This document shows positions 19,186 to 31,148 of a DNA stretch of 64,000 nt, piece by piece. Made by a program: the position numbers and the translations under genes. The notes under the pieces were generated by a model, which was given only the letters and a program-made list of their open reading frames with translations, was not told the DNA's origin and did not search any database. The first letter of the stretch is position 1; each line of letters begins with the position of its first letter. The stretch comes from an uncultured Nitrospinota bacterium (lineage in GTDB: Bacteria > Tectomicrobia > Entotheonellia > J063 > CAVPRW01): positions 1-64,000 of the forward strand of contig CAVPRW010000042.1 of assembly GCA_963707985.1 (NCBI GenBank). Reading direction: 5' to 3'.

Positions 19186-22100
19186 ATGGCGCGCGCAGCG
19201 GCGTTGCCCGTCGATCACCCGACCGACCGCCTGGTGGGGCACACTCCGGCGATTCAGGCGCTGCGGCGCGCAGATCCGCCACCTGGCCGCCTTCGATGCG
19301 GTGGGCAATCCCTATGCGCCGACGGTGTTGCTGCAGGGGGAGACCGGGACGGGCAAGGGGCTGGTGGCGCGGGTCATCCACGACAGTGGCCCGCGCGCAC
19401 CGGGGCCGTTCATCGACGTCAACTGCGCCGCCATCCCGGAGACGCTGCTGGAGGCCGAGCTGTTCGGCTTCGAGGCCGGCGCCTTCACCGATGCCAAACG
19501 CGCCAAGCCTGGCCTCTTCGAGGCGGCGTCGGGGGGCACGCTCTTCCTGGACGAGATCGAGGCGCTGCCGCCTCGCGCTGCAGAGCAAGCTCCTCACCGC
19601 CATCGAGGAGAAGCGCGTGCGGCGCCTGGGGGCGGTGGCGGAGCGCGCCGTCGACGTCAAGCTGATCGCCGCCACCCAGACGGATCTGCGCGCGCGTTGG
19701 CGGAGGGGCGCTTCCGCGCCGACCTGTACCACCGCCTGGCGGTGGTGGTGCTGGAGCTTGCCCCCCATTGCGCGCGCGCGGCGACGGACATCCTGGCCCT
19801 GGCGCGGCATTTTTTGCGGCAGTACGGCGAGGTCCACAGGCTGTCGCCGAAGCGGCTGAGCCGGGCGGCCGAGGCGTGGCTCGCAGGGCTACGACTGGCC
19901 GGGCAATGTGCGCGAGCTGAGCCATCTGATGGAGCGGGTGACGCTGCTCAGCCCCGAGACGCATCGGTGGCGCCCGAGCGCCTGGAGCGGCTGTGCCTGC
20001 CCGCGACTGGGCACCGCCTGCGTCAGCGGAGGCCGCGCCCACCGAGGGCGAGACCGACCGCTGGACGAGCCGACACGCATCCGGCAGGCCCTCGTCCAGA
20101 CCGGAGGGCAACGTCGTGCGGGCGGCACGCCTGTTGGGGCTGAGCCGCGGGGCCCTGCGCTATCGCATGCGGCGCTATGGGATCAGGGTCCCCAGCCGTG
20201 AGGACCTCACGCACGCAGCCGGTGCGAGCGCTGCAGAACAGGGCTTCCGCCCACGCGCGCTGCCGTGGCGGCAGATCGGACGGCAACCTTCCGGCCGCCA
20301 CAGCAGGACCGGACCGACGGTCCCGCCCGCCGGCCGAGAGGTCCGAGCCTGGCCGCGGATTGGGAGCAGAAGCCGGTGGCGGTGCTGGCCATCGAGCGTC
20401 ACGCTTCCCGGAGCCGCCTGAGCGGCCGAGGCGCCCGGCCTACTGAGCCGTGGACGCGTGGCCAGCCGCTGGGAGCAGGCGCATCGAGGCGAAGGTCCAG
20501 GGGTTCGGCGGCCTCGCTGCTGCAGCGCTCGCCCGCGCTGCTGGTGGTCGCGTTCGGCCTCCCCACGACGCTGGAGCAGCTGCCGCAGCGCGCGGTGCAG
20601 GCGGCCCTGGCCATCCGGCAGGCCGGTGGCGGAGGCCGCAGAATCGTGTGTACGGGCTTCCTGCCCAGCGGTGCGGCTGGCCGTGCATTGCGGCGCCGTG
20701 CTGGTGGATGCGCAGGCCCGCGACCCGACCGCCCGTGCTCCTGCCGCTGGGGGAGACGCTCGACGCTGCCGGTGCGGCTCTTCGGGCACGCCGCGCCCGG
20801 GGACATCCTGCTGTCGCGCGCAGGCTGGCCGTCTGGTCGAGGGGTGGTGCGAGCTGCAAGCGACGTGAGATCCCGCTGACCGGCGAGCATGGGGAGCGCC
20901 TCGTGGCCTATGCTCTCATCGCGGCTCGGGACAAAGCTTTCTCCCGCTGGGAGCGCCTGGGGCAGCGCGTCGCTGAGTCCGGTTCGTAGGCCGGGAGCGG
21001 GAGCTGGCGACCCTGCACGACCTCCTGGCCCAGGTGCAGGAGGGCCGCGGGCAGGTGGTCGGCATCGTCGGGGAGCCCGGCGTCGGCAAGTCCGGCTGTG
21101 CTATGAGTTCCAGCGCCGGCTGAGCGTCAGACCATGGTCCTGGCGTTGGAGGCGGACTGGCCGCGTACGGCGCACGCCGTCCCCGTATCTGCCCGCTGCA
21201 TCGACCTGCTCAAGGCCTACTTCCATCTCGACGATCGCGACGGCGGGCAGACCGATGCGGGACAAGGTCACCGGCACGGCTGCGTGCGCCTGGATGACGC
21301 GCTCAGTCCAACCCTGCCGGCGTTCCTCACGCTCCTGGACGTGCCGGTGGACGATCCCGCAGTGGCACGCCCTCGAGTCCGCTCCAACGCCGCCAGCGCA
21401 TCCTGGAGGCCCTCACACGCCTGCTGCTGCGCGAGAGTCAGGTCCAGCCGGTGGTGCTGATCGTCGAGAACCTGCACTGGATCGACACCGAGACGCAGGC
21501 GTTCCTCGACAGCCTCGTCGACAGCCTGCCGACCGTGCGCCTGCTGCTCCTCGTCAGTTACCGGCCGGAGTATCAGCACGGCTGGGCCAGCAAGACCTTC
21601 TATGCCCAGCTGCGCCTCGACCCGCTGCCGCGTGACAGCGCCCAGGCCTTGCTCCAGGCGCTGCTGGGCGACGATGCCGGGCTGGCGCCGCTCACGCCGC
21701 GATTGATCGCGTGGACCGAGGGCAACCCCTTGTTCCTGGAGGAGAGCGTCCAGACACTGGTGGAGACCGGGGCGCTCGTCGGCGCGCCCGGCGCGTACCA
21801 GCTGGCTCAAGCTGTGCCGAGCCTGCACGTGCCGGCCACGGTGCAGGCGGTCCTCGCCGCCCGCATCGACCGCCTCACACCCGAGGCCAAGGCCATTCTG
21901 CAGTCGGCTGCCGTGCATCGGCAGGGATGTCCCCTTCGCCCTGTTGCAGCGCCTCGTGGAGCTGTCGGAGGAGCAGCTGCACCGCGGGTATAGCCACCCT
22001 GCAGGCGGCGGAGTTCCTCTACGAGACGCGCCTGTTCCCAGAGCGGGAGTACACCTTCAAGCACGCCCTCACCCACGAGGTGGCCTACGGCAACTTGCCT

Positions 22101-23540
22101 CGGGAGCGGCGGCGGATGCTCCACGTCCGCACTCTGGCAGCCCTGGAGGAACTCTATGCCGACCGCCTGACCGAGCAGGTCGACCGGCTGGCGCACCATG
22201 CCCTCCGGGGCGAGGTGTGGGACAAGGCCGTCACCTATGCCCGCCAGGCCGGCACCAAGGCGGTCGAGCGCTCGGCCCTGCGGGAGGCGGCCGCGGCCTT
22301 TGAGCAGGCTTTGGCGGCCCTCGAGCATCTCCCCGACAGTCGCGCCACCTGCGAGCAGGCGATTGATCTCCGCTTCGACCTGCGCAATGCGCTGCATCCC
22401 CTCAACGAGGAGAGGCGGATCCTCAACCACTTGCGCCAGGCGGAACCGCTTGCCGAGGCGCTCGGGGATCAGCGCCGGCTGGGACATCTCGCCGGCTATC
22501 TGTCGGTGTGTCTGCGGCATCAAGGCCATACTGACGATGCTCTCGTGTCCGCCCAACGCGCGCTGGCCATCGGCACAGCCCTGGGGGACGTCGGCCTGCA
22601 GGTCACCGCCAACAGCTTCCTGGGTGAACTCTACCTGTGGGTCGTGAATGACTTTCGGCAGGCAGTTGAGGCGTACAGGCGGAACGTCGAGATCCTGCAC
22701 GGCGCGCTGCTCCGAGAGCGCTTTGGGACCACGAACATGCAGTCGGTGGTCGCCCGTGCTCAGGTGGCCCGGTGCCTGGCGGAGCTGGGCGCGTTCGCCG
22801 AGGGGCGGGTATACGCCGAGGAAGCCATCCGGCTGGCCGAGACGGTCGATCACCCGTACAGTTTTGTCGTCGCGTGTGATGCCGTTGGCCAATTCTTCCT
22901 GCATCAGGGGGCGCTGTCCCAGGCTATAGGCGTGTTCGAACGGGCGCTGACACTCCGCGAAACCGTGAACCTTCCGCCGATATTTCGTCGATGCCACGTG
23001 GGCTTGGGTGCAGCCTATGCCCTGTCCGGGCGGGTGAGCGAGGCCCTGCCACGGCTGGAGCGGGGGCTAGAACAGCTGCGTCCCAATAGCAACGTGGGCA
23101 TAGGTGTTCTCTTCCCTGTCTGGCTGGGCGAGGGCTATGTGCTGGCTGGCCGCTTAGAAGAGGCGATGCAGCTCGGCCAGCAGGCCCTCGAGATCACACG
23201 CACCCAGAAGCGGCGGGGCTATCAGGCGTATGCCCTACGGCTCCTCGGTGACATTGCGGCCCAGCGCACGCCCCCGGAGATCGAGATGGCCGAAGATTAC
23301 TTCCGCCAGGCCCTCGCCCTGGCCGAGACGATTGGCATGCGCCCGCTGCAGGCCCATTGCCACCTGGGTCTCGGCACCCTCTACGCGAAGATGGTCATGG
23401 AAAAGCAGGCGCGAGCCGAGCTGGCCACCGCCATCGCGCTGTACCGGGCCATGGAGATGACCTTCTGGCTGCCCCAGGCAGAGGCGGCGCTGGCGCAAGT
23501 CGAGGGACGGTCACCCCATCGGACGACTACCATCATATAA
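19186..23540 (+). CDS. Sigma54-dependent activator AAA+ / Fis HTH / cyclase-like / STAND-like ATPase / TPR multidomain protein, many frameshifts
   Basis: [80 protein letters not shown], TPRs, [14 protein letters not shown]. Confidence 0.85.
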
Positions 23541-23963
23541 CCATTTGTCCAGATTAAGGCCATGAAACAGGCTACACGTGCTCGCTCCAGATCTTATACC
23601 TGCTCGCCATACGCCGACGCTTGGCATGGCACATATCGTTTGTCTATCATACAGATCAGTGGGATGCTTTTGCACAGGTCTTGCCGAAGGACCATCGTAT
23701 CATCGGCAAAGCGCACATGCATGCGATTAAACGCGACAGTACGGTTGTCGAACCCTAGCACATTCCGCTTGCAAAAACTCCCCTAGCTGCGACCTGTCGC
23801 TACGAAGCCTCCTGGAAACACTCCAGAGAAGCGCGGAAGAGGGCTAGGGATGGCAATTGTTCACTTCATAAGAAAGCTCAGCGGTCGCTGCCACCCATGC
23901 AGCAGGAGAGCCTTAGAGATCACCCTCGGTTCGGCGCACAGGAGACATTCGGCGGCTCACACG

Positions 23964-24503
23964 TTATGCCAACCAGGGGAAGACTCTCAACAGTTCCACG
24001 CGTGATTGATCGAACTGGACAATCGCCAGCCGCACCTGGTTTGCCACCCATGGGAGGGTTAATGCGGCCGCGGCGGCGATGGCTTCGGAGCACCGACCGG
24101 CATCCAGTCGCCCAGCCAACGTGCAGTGCGGTACCCACATCCCGGATTGCGAGCGCGCCATGATGGGTGAGCCCCATCGGCAATAGATCCGTTCGACGTC
24201 GGCATGCAAGCGTAGTAATCCATCAGTTGGCGTCAGGCCATAGAAGAGGACGATTTCCGGCTCGGTAAACACACCCACGTGCGAGAAACGTACCTCCAGC
24301 CGATAGAGGGAGTGCTCGAACCCCTCGAGGTCTCGCGCCAGGTCATCGACACCCAGCGTTTCCGAAAGCGTGAGTGACACGTGGGGAAGGCATCCTGTCC
24401 GAGCCAGCGGCGTGACAAATCCTTGACGCGCCAGGCCGCACCACACCTCCCTGATGTGTGTCTCCGTTTCGTGGTCGAAGACCAGGCCGATGCCGTAGGC
24501 CAT
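23964..24503 (-). CDS. 2H phosphoesterase (2'-5' RNA ligase family)
   Basis: PHVSL and PHCTL HxS/T motifs; GGAGG RBS. Confidence 0.8.
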   Translation of the reverse strand: MAYGIGLVFDHETETHIREVWCGLARQGFVTPLARTGCLPHVSLTLSETLGVDDLARDLEGFEHSLYRLEVRFSHVGVFTEPEIVLFYGLTPTDGLLRLHADVERIYCRWGSPIMARSQSGMWVPHCTLAGRLDAGRCSEAIAAAAALTLPWVANQVRLAIVQFDQSRVELLRVFPWLA

Positions 24504-24660
24504 CAATGTGTTCCTCCGTTCGCAAGCCGCGAGGAGGGATCGTGCCACACGGTTATCAGCGCCTGCAGATCTGAGCCGGCGCTCACCCCACTCCTCTTCA
24601 TGGTGTGACACGACCCCAGGGCACGGGCTCTTCTCATGGCCCTTGAGCGCGCCTATGTGC

Positions 24661-25758
24661 CTACGGATACATCGTGCCGTTGCCCCAGCCATGCGGGACG
24701 GTGACCAATCGGGGTTCCAGATGCTGTACATCGGTCTGGCCGCAGTAGCCCAACACCTGATCCAGTTCTTGCCGCAACAGTTCCAGCATGCCATGCACCC
24801 CTTCGGCCCCATTGACCGCGAGGCCCCAGTATAGCGGGCGCCCCACGCCAACCGCCCGGGCCCCGAGGGCCAGAGCCTTCAACACATCGCTGCCGCGGCG
24901 GACGCCGGAATCGAGGTAGACCTCGGCGCGCCCGTCGCAGACCTCCACGATTTCCGGCAAGCTCTCGATGGCACTCAGGGTGGCGTCCATCTGCCGCCCG
25001 CCATGCGTCGACACCAGTATGCCATCGACGCCGCAATCCATCGCGATCTGCGCATCCTCGGCCGTGCGGATCCCCTTTAACACCAAGGGCAGTGTCGTCA
25101 ACGAGCGCAGCCAGTCCAATTCCTTCCAGGTCAGGGCGGGCACACGCGACGGCTGCCAGTTGGGCGCCTCGTCGGTACCGCTCATCGCCGGCATCTCCTC
25201 CGTCATGGCGCGGAAGTTCCCCAGCGGGAAGGGGTTCTCATAGCGATTGCGGATATCTCGCTCTTTGGGCGCAGGCAACGGCGTATCCACGGTCAGGACG
25301 ACCGCCTTGTAGCCAGCATTCTCGGCGCGCTGCACCAGCATTTTTGTCAGGTCATAGCCCCGGTGGTAGAGCTGGAACCATAGGGGTCCACTGGCCGCCT
25401 TCGCCACGTCTTCCAGGCTACAGTGGGACGAGGTGCTGAGCATCATCAGGGTCTGGGACATCCCAGCCCCCCGTGCCGTGGCGCATTCGCCTTCCGGATG
25501 CGCCAGCTTATGGCCACCGGTGGGACTGATCATCACCGGGAAACTGATCGGCGTCCCCAGCACGGTCGTCGCCAGCTTACGCTCGGTCACATCGCGCAAC
25601 ATGCGCGGACGCAGGCTTATGGCGTCAAAGGCCGAGCGATTGCGCTGGGTCGTCAGTTCGTCCTTCGAGCCACCGGCGATAAAATCCCAGTAGTCGTGGG
25701 GCAGCATTTGTTGGGCACGTACCTCGTAGTCATACAGACTGATCGGGTCTAAACGCAT
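24661..25758 (-). CDS. FMN-dependent alpha-hydroxy-acid oxidase/dehydrogenase
   Basis: WFQLY, TVD, LKGI, STHGGRQMD, DSGVRRGSDVLKALALGA. Confidence 0.93.
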   Translation of the reverse strand: MRLDPISLYDYEVRAQQMLPHDYWDFIAGGSKDELTTQRNRSAFDAISLRPRMLRDVTERKLATTVLGTPISFPVMISPTGGHKLAHPEGECATARGAGMSQTLMMLSTSSHCSLEDVAKAASGPLWFQLYHRGYDLTKMLVQRAENAGYKAVVLTVDTPLPAPKERDIRNRYENPFPLGNFRAMTEEMPAMSGTDEAPNWQPSRVPALTWKELDWLRSLTTLPLVLKGIRTAEDAQIAMDCGVDGILVSTHGGRQMDATLSAIESLPEIVEVCDGRAEVYLDSGVRRGSDVLKALALGARAVGVGRPLYWGLAVNGAEGVHGMLELLRQELDQVLGYCGQTDVQHLEPRLVTVPHGWGNGTMYP

Positions 25759-25870
25759 CAGGACCTCCCTTCACACATGCGGTTAAGCGGCGAAACATCA
25801 ACGCCCAACGGGATGCTATGGGCAAGAACCAGGTGCACGGTACACCAGGCGGAGAGGATCGGAGGGTAGG

Positions 25871-25908
25871 CAAACAAAAACCCCCATAAGGTTTGCCTAT
25901 GAGGGTTG
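25871..25908 (-). terminator. Intrinsic terminator in the riboswitch leader
   Basis: Minus strand AACCCTCATAGG-caaa-CCTTATGGGGGTT followed by TTTGTTT. Confidence 0.75.
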
Positions 25909-25962
25909 TGTACAGAGACCATACCTCACGCTCCTCGTGCCGCGAAGGAGGGTTTCGTGAAG

Positions 25963-26122
25963 GCTATAGAGGCCGGTCTCCTGACTCTCGGATCATCCTA
26001 CTCGCCAAGGCCTTCCCAGCGGTTTCCCACTAGTGGCGTCTCCCGTTGGCGGTCGTCCCCGATCACAGTGGCGCGTCCGTGAGGGAGTTGCACCCTCTTC
26101 CCACCAGCTTCACCTCTATAGC
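25963..26122 (-). ncRNA. Cobalamin riboswitch
   Basis: P1 CTATAGAGG/CCTCTATAG; AGGTG..GGGAA..GGTGCAACTCC..GCCACTGT..GCCACT..GGGAAGG..B12 box AGTCAGGAGACCGGCC. Confidence 0.92.
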
Positions 26123-26624
26123 GGTAACGGCAAAGGTCGACATTGCTACTATCACCCGGCAGCACAGAAGTCAAGCCCTTTGTGATCCCGGTGGCGAAGG
26201 CCTCTTCGGGACTCTTGTCTCGCCCCTACGTCATATCACTCGAAAAGAGTATTAGGAGTCTTACTACCCTTCAAACAGACAACCTCACTTACGATCACGG
26301 CGCAGCATCCTGAGAACCGACACCCTCCTAGCTGGACAATTGCCACCCGACTGATGACGTATGTTATGGGTAGTTCACTGCACTACTCGTACAGCGTGGC
26401 GCCAGTTCATTGCTTGTTGAAGCTGCCACTGGATACGCGACCAACGGACGTCCCGCATCGGTCCCCTTGAGCGGTTTGGCCATGGTCTGGTCGCAATAGT
26501 CAATGAAGGCTAACTCCGTGCGGAGCCGTCCGGAGGAAGCGGCTGGGCTGGCTCGGCGAATCTGTCCCGTTTCTTTCCGAAGCCTTGACCTCCCCGCCTC
26601 AGAGGACCAATCCAGCGGACGTTG

Positions 26625-27462
26625 TCACGGCTTGAGGTCGGATCTGCTGGTCTGGGTGTCGATCATCGTGGTGCGCACATCGCTGTGGCCACGCCTCTGC
26701 TGTAGCTGGCGGATGTCGTCGTGCGCCTGCCACAGAGGCGTGGCGCACGTGTGCCGCCGGGTGTGTGGAGACACCCACGTGGGAATGTCCCTGGCCTGGC
26801 GGGCCGCCGCCGTGATCGCCCGCTGGCTATCGCTGGCATGCCCATGGGAACGCCGCACGCCACACCCATCCAGGAGCATCGCCCGTCATGCCGAGGGCTC
26901 GTGCCACTCCGCCACAAGCGATTCCACCTCCTGCCGCGAACGCACGGTGGGGAGATCCTGACGGTGCTTGGCCCGTGGTCTATCCGACAGATCACCGAGT
27001 GCCTTCAGCGGTCTTTCCACCTCGCGCCAGGCTGCGTTCGTCTGCGCGTTCGCGCCCTTGGCCTGCACGAGGACAGGCGCCTGTGCCTCCAGCCTTGGAG
27101 CGTGAGCGATGACGTGCTCCGGCGTCCTGGTCGCGCGAGCAGCTGCTCCGTCGTGCGGCGCGGGCGGTGCGACCGCGTCGTCGTCTCGCCACGAGCGTCA
27201 CGCCGGCGACCAGCACCCGGCGTACGAGGCAACCGCGCCTGGTGCCTGGGCCTGCGGTGCGGCCGTGTGGCCTTTCGACGCCAGTGTTCCTAGCAACAAC
27301 GGAAGGCTCTCGGAATCGGCGGGACGGTGGCGGTACTGTTGGCCAACAGGCCGGTAGCACCGCACCCATGTGTCGTCGTGCCGCCATGGCGCACGCGGCA
27401 CTTGCCTGGCCGCCAGGACCTCGGCGGCTCTCGGAGCAGGGGCCGGGAACGCGTCCAGGCAT
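26625..27462 (-). pseudogene. intI: Degenerate, internally deleted integron-type integrase (long N-terminus)
   Basis: HTRRHTCATPLWQAHDDIRQLQQRRGHSDVRTTMIDT (cf. HTLRHSFATHLL..YDIR..Q..LGHSDV.TTMIYTH) and RAKHRQDLPTVRSRQEV. Confidence 0.75.
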
Positions 27463-27754
27463 GACTCCTCCCCCAGTCGTATCCAGCGGCTGGATATCGT
27501 GACAGAACGCAGGAGATACAGCCGGGATGGGGAGGTCCGGGATGGTTCTAGGTCTTTCGCGATGTCTGTGCCATAGTTGCCCATGGTTGCCCTTGCCCAC
27601 GGGAAGGGTGTTGCGGAAGTCTGATGCACTCAAGGCCTTGGCGATTGCGACGCAAGCGTGACCGCCTGATCGTGACGCGTGGCCTGGAAAGGGGCCAGGC
27701 AAAAAGTAGGAACGTATACAGCGATTCCCGCTAGCTGCGTAACCCTATAATAAT

Positions 27755-27903
27755 CACTGGGTTAAAAAATGCCCTTTCGTAAACGTAACATCATGAAAAT
27801 CAATATGTTACGTGATTTCAGGCAAGCTTTTTCGGAGAAAAACAACCTAAGCCATTGATAGTCCTGGACTTATGTTTACGAAAGAGGAATTTTTAAGTAG
27901 TTG
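27755..27903. mobile_element. AT-rich ~150-bp MITE-like element with ~30-bp imperfect terminal inverted repeats
   Basis: CACTGGGTTAAAAAATGCCCTTTCGTAAAC versus the reverse complement of the right end, CAACTACTTAAAAATTCCTCTTTCGTAAAC. Confidence 0.6.
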
Positions 27904-27929
27904 ATTGCAAACGAATTACTGGCTCAGCG

Positions 27930-28829
27930 GGGACGCCTGGTGCTGGTATAGCTTCGAACAGGCGCTTGTGGCGGACGCCGAGGGTGTTCACGCTCACCGC
28001 AGGCTACACAAGAGCATCCGATTGGGCGAGGAGGTGCAGGTCCGCCGGAGTCCACAGGCCATGGCATGCCGGAAGAGCGCCGGCGAAGAACGTGGGAGGC
28101 CCCATAGGCTCCTGCGCGGGGGAAGCGTCGGCGTATGGTATACGGCTCTTGAGGCACGGGAGGGGAAACCCGGAAACGGAACTCTGCCGGAACCTTGGCG
28201 GCGGCATGGAACACGTGACAGGCAGGCGGAGGCGTACGGTGAGAGGGCAAGCCCGCCGGATGCATCTGGGGAGTCTGATCACGCAGAGTACTCCGAGCGT
28301 GGGAACGCCACGTACCAGGGGCAGGACGTGACGGAAGCACGCAAGCCCACCTCCCTGCAGGGCATAGCAGACAAGGCGACGGCCGACCAGCAGCACCGAT
28401 TTCGGGACCTCTACCGCGGCCTGAACGTCGAGCTCCTGGTGGACTGCTGGGGCGCCCTGCATAAGGACGCGGCCAGTGGGGTGGATGGGGTGACGTGGCA
28501 CGCGTATGCCGCGCAGCTGCAGGCGCATGTCGAGGCAGTGGTGGAGCGGCTGAAGCAGAAGCGGTACCGGGCGCAGCTGATTCGACGTCACGACATGCCG
28601 AAGGGAGACGGCCAAGAGAGGCCGCTCGGCCTCCCGTGGAGCGAAGACACGCTCCTGCAGGCAGCCTGCGCCAGCATCCTGAATGCGATCTCTGCGCAGG
28701 AGTTTCTGGCCAGTCGTTATGGGGACCGGCCCGGAGGCGGGGCAGGGGATGCGGTCCGTGACCTGACCTGTGACCGGCCATACGGGCGGGATGGGTCTGC
28801 GGTGGAGGCCGACATTCAAGGCTTCTTCG
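27930..28829 (+). mobile_element. Group II intron A, 5' part (RNA domains plus RT0-3), degenerate; 5' boundary approximate
   Basis: TSLQGIADKA..HRFRDLY..ASGVDG..PKGDGQERPLG..EADIQGFF. Confidence 0.8.
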
Positions 28830-30734
28830 GTGCGCCAGGCGAAGCCCGGCGCTTCCAGCGGGTGCAATGCCCGCCCCGGCAAGGGCCAAGCCAGCCCACC
28901 GGGAACCGCGTCTTGGGCTCATGGAGGTAACGACATGGGTGAAGCGTAGACCGGGCGACAGGCGGGCTGTAACGCAAGTGAAGCCAGACGAGCCTCGTGA
29001 TAAACGACCGGAAGCCGACACGCTCGAACACGTGGCAGGCCAGGAGCAGGCAGCCGACAACGGCGATGGCTGCCGGAGATTCCGGCGGGGTCTAAGGGCA
29101 CGGCACGCGTGGAGAGGGAAGCGTCAGAGGAACCTGGGAGAGCCAGCGCGGTCTTGGTAGGGGCCGAGTATGCCACCTGCAAGGACCATCCATAGGAAGG
29201 CAGACGCCGCGGTGGAAGTCGGATCCCTTGGTCGGACTCCGAGCGCGGGAAAGGCGCGTGCCTGGGGCAGCAAGGGAGCAGGACAAGCGTCTTTCGTAAG
29301 GACACATCGCCTGCCCACAGAGGTAGGACCAAGATGTCAACACACACGACGGAAGATCGCAGCAAAAGCGAAGCAGGAGCCGAAGGTCCGCTTCACGTCT
29401 CTGGCGCACCGGCTGACGCCCGAGGTTCTACGAGACACGTGGCGGCAGCTCAACCGCAAGGGCGCAAGCGGGATCGATGGGGAGACGATCGAGGCGTGCG
29501 AAGCACACCGCGAGGAGCGCATCCACGCGCGTTGGCAACGGCTCCGAGCCGGTCAGTACCAAGCACCGCCAGTGCGGCGGGTCGAGATCCCAAAGGGCAA
29601 TGGCACAAGGCGGCCCCTCGGCATCCCGACCGTGGAGGATCGGCTGCTGCAACGCGCTGTCGCACGGATGTTGAGTGCCATTGACGAAGCAGATGTTCTG
29701 GAGTGCTCCTTCGGATACCGGCCCGGGCGCCATCCGCACATGGCGCTGAAGGCGCGGCGCGATCACATCGTGACGGGCAAGGTACGGTATGGGTACGAGA
29801 CGGACATCCAAGGATACTTCACGAACATCACTCCTGAGTGGCTGCGCCAGATGATCGCCCGGCGCATCGCGGACCCCGTGATCACCGGGCTGATTGGCAA
29901 ATGGCTCAAGGCGGGGGTGATGGAACATGGCGTGGTCGCCAGGCCGGAAGCCGGAACCCCGCAAGGTGGCCCGATGTCGCCAGGCCTCGCCAACGTCTAT
30001 CTCCACGACGGGATCGACCTTTGGTTCGAGAAACGCGCCAAGAGAGAGAGGCCAGGCGAGGCATATCTGACGCGCTTTGTGGACGATTTCGTCGTCGCAT
30101 TCCAGGATCGGCAAGACGCCGAACACTTCGACCGCAGGCTCAACAGCCGTCTGGAACGTTTTGGACTCAGGGTCGCCTCGGAGAAGACACGGCTGATGCG
30201 CTTCGGACGGTTTGCTCAAGAGCGCGCGGCCGCGGATGGCGGGACACCAGGGACATTCGAGTTTCTGGGCTTTAAACACGTCTGCGGGGTCGACGCCACG
30301 GGGACATTCGTGGTCATCCGTATGCCGTCGGAGAAAAGCTGTCGGAAATTCCTGGAGAGCACGTCCGAATGGCTGAAACGTCACCGCCACTGGCGACGGC
30401 GCGATCAGCAGCGGCACCTATCCATGCAGCTCAAAGGATTTTACCAATACTTTGCGCGCAATCGAGGCGTACCAAAGCTCGACCGAGTCACACACCATGT
30501 GGAGACGCAGTGGCGCCACGCCATCACACGGCAAAGCCAGCGACATGATGTCTTCTGGAGCTATCTGCGCAGTCGATCGTGGTTCGCACTCCCACCACCG
30601 AAAGTGCTCCATCCCGGATTTTGACATCGCCATGCTACGAGCGGGTCCTGGGAAGCCCGGTGCGGGAAAGCCGCACGCCGGGTTTCACTTGGGGGGAGAG
30701 GCACAAGGGCGACCGAGGCCTCTCTCTACCAACC
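28830..30734 (+). mobile_element. Complete nested group II intron (class E-like RT, FVDD, no endonuclease), ORF ~29334-30624, degenerate
   Basis: 5' GTGCG; RFTSLAH, GTPQGG, FVDD, FEFLGF; DV gaagcccggtgcgggaaagccgcacgccgggtttc; DVI ending ctaccaacc. Confidence 0.9.
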
Positions 30735-31148
30735 ACCACATCAACCATGAGGTGCTGCTGTCAATCCTGGGCGAGCAAATCCACGATAACCGCTTCGTGC
30801 GGCACATGTCCAACATGCTCAAGGCCGGGTATCTGGAAGAATGGACCTACAACGCCACGCTGAGTGGCACGCCGCAAGGCGGCGTCATCAGTCCGCTCCT
30901 TTCCAACCTCGACCTTGACCTGTTGGATCAGTTTGTCGCGAAAGTGTGACTCCCGGCACACAACCACGGGGAGCGCAGGAAACCGTACCCGCCGTACATG
31001 GCGTTACTCAGGGCCGCCCGGAGGCACGCGGACAAGGAGGAGTATGCGCAAGCACAACTGCTGCGGCAACAAGCCCAGCAGATGCCATCTCGTGACCCAA
31101 CGGCCCCCGACTTCCGGCGACTCTGGTACGGTCGGTATGCGGATGACG
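30735..31148 (+). pseudogene. Internal RT3-RT5 piece of an ML (Ll.LtrB-like) intron ORF, TGA at 30947-30949
   Basis: HINHEVLLSIL..LKAGYLEEWTYNATLSGTPQGG..long insert..RRLWYGRYADD. Confidence 0.8.

Noticed and set aside
24661..25758. Mycofactocin MftD assignment
   Set aside because: No other mft genes or precursor peptide nearby; kept as a generic family call.
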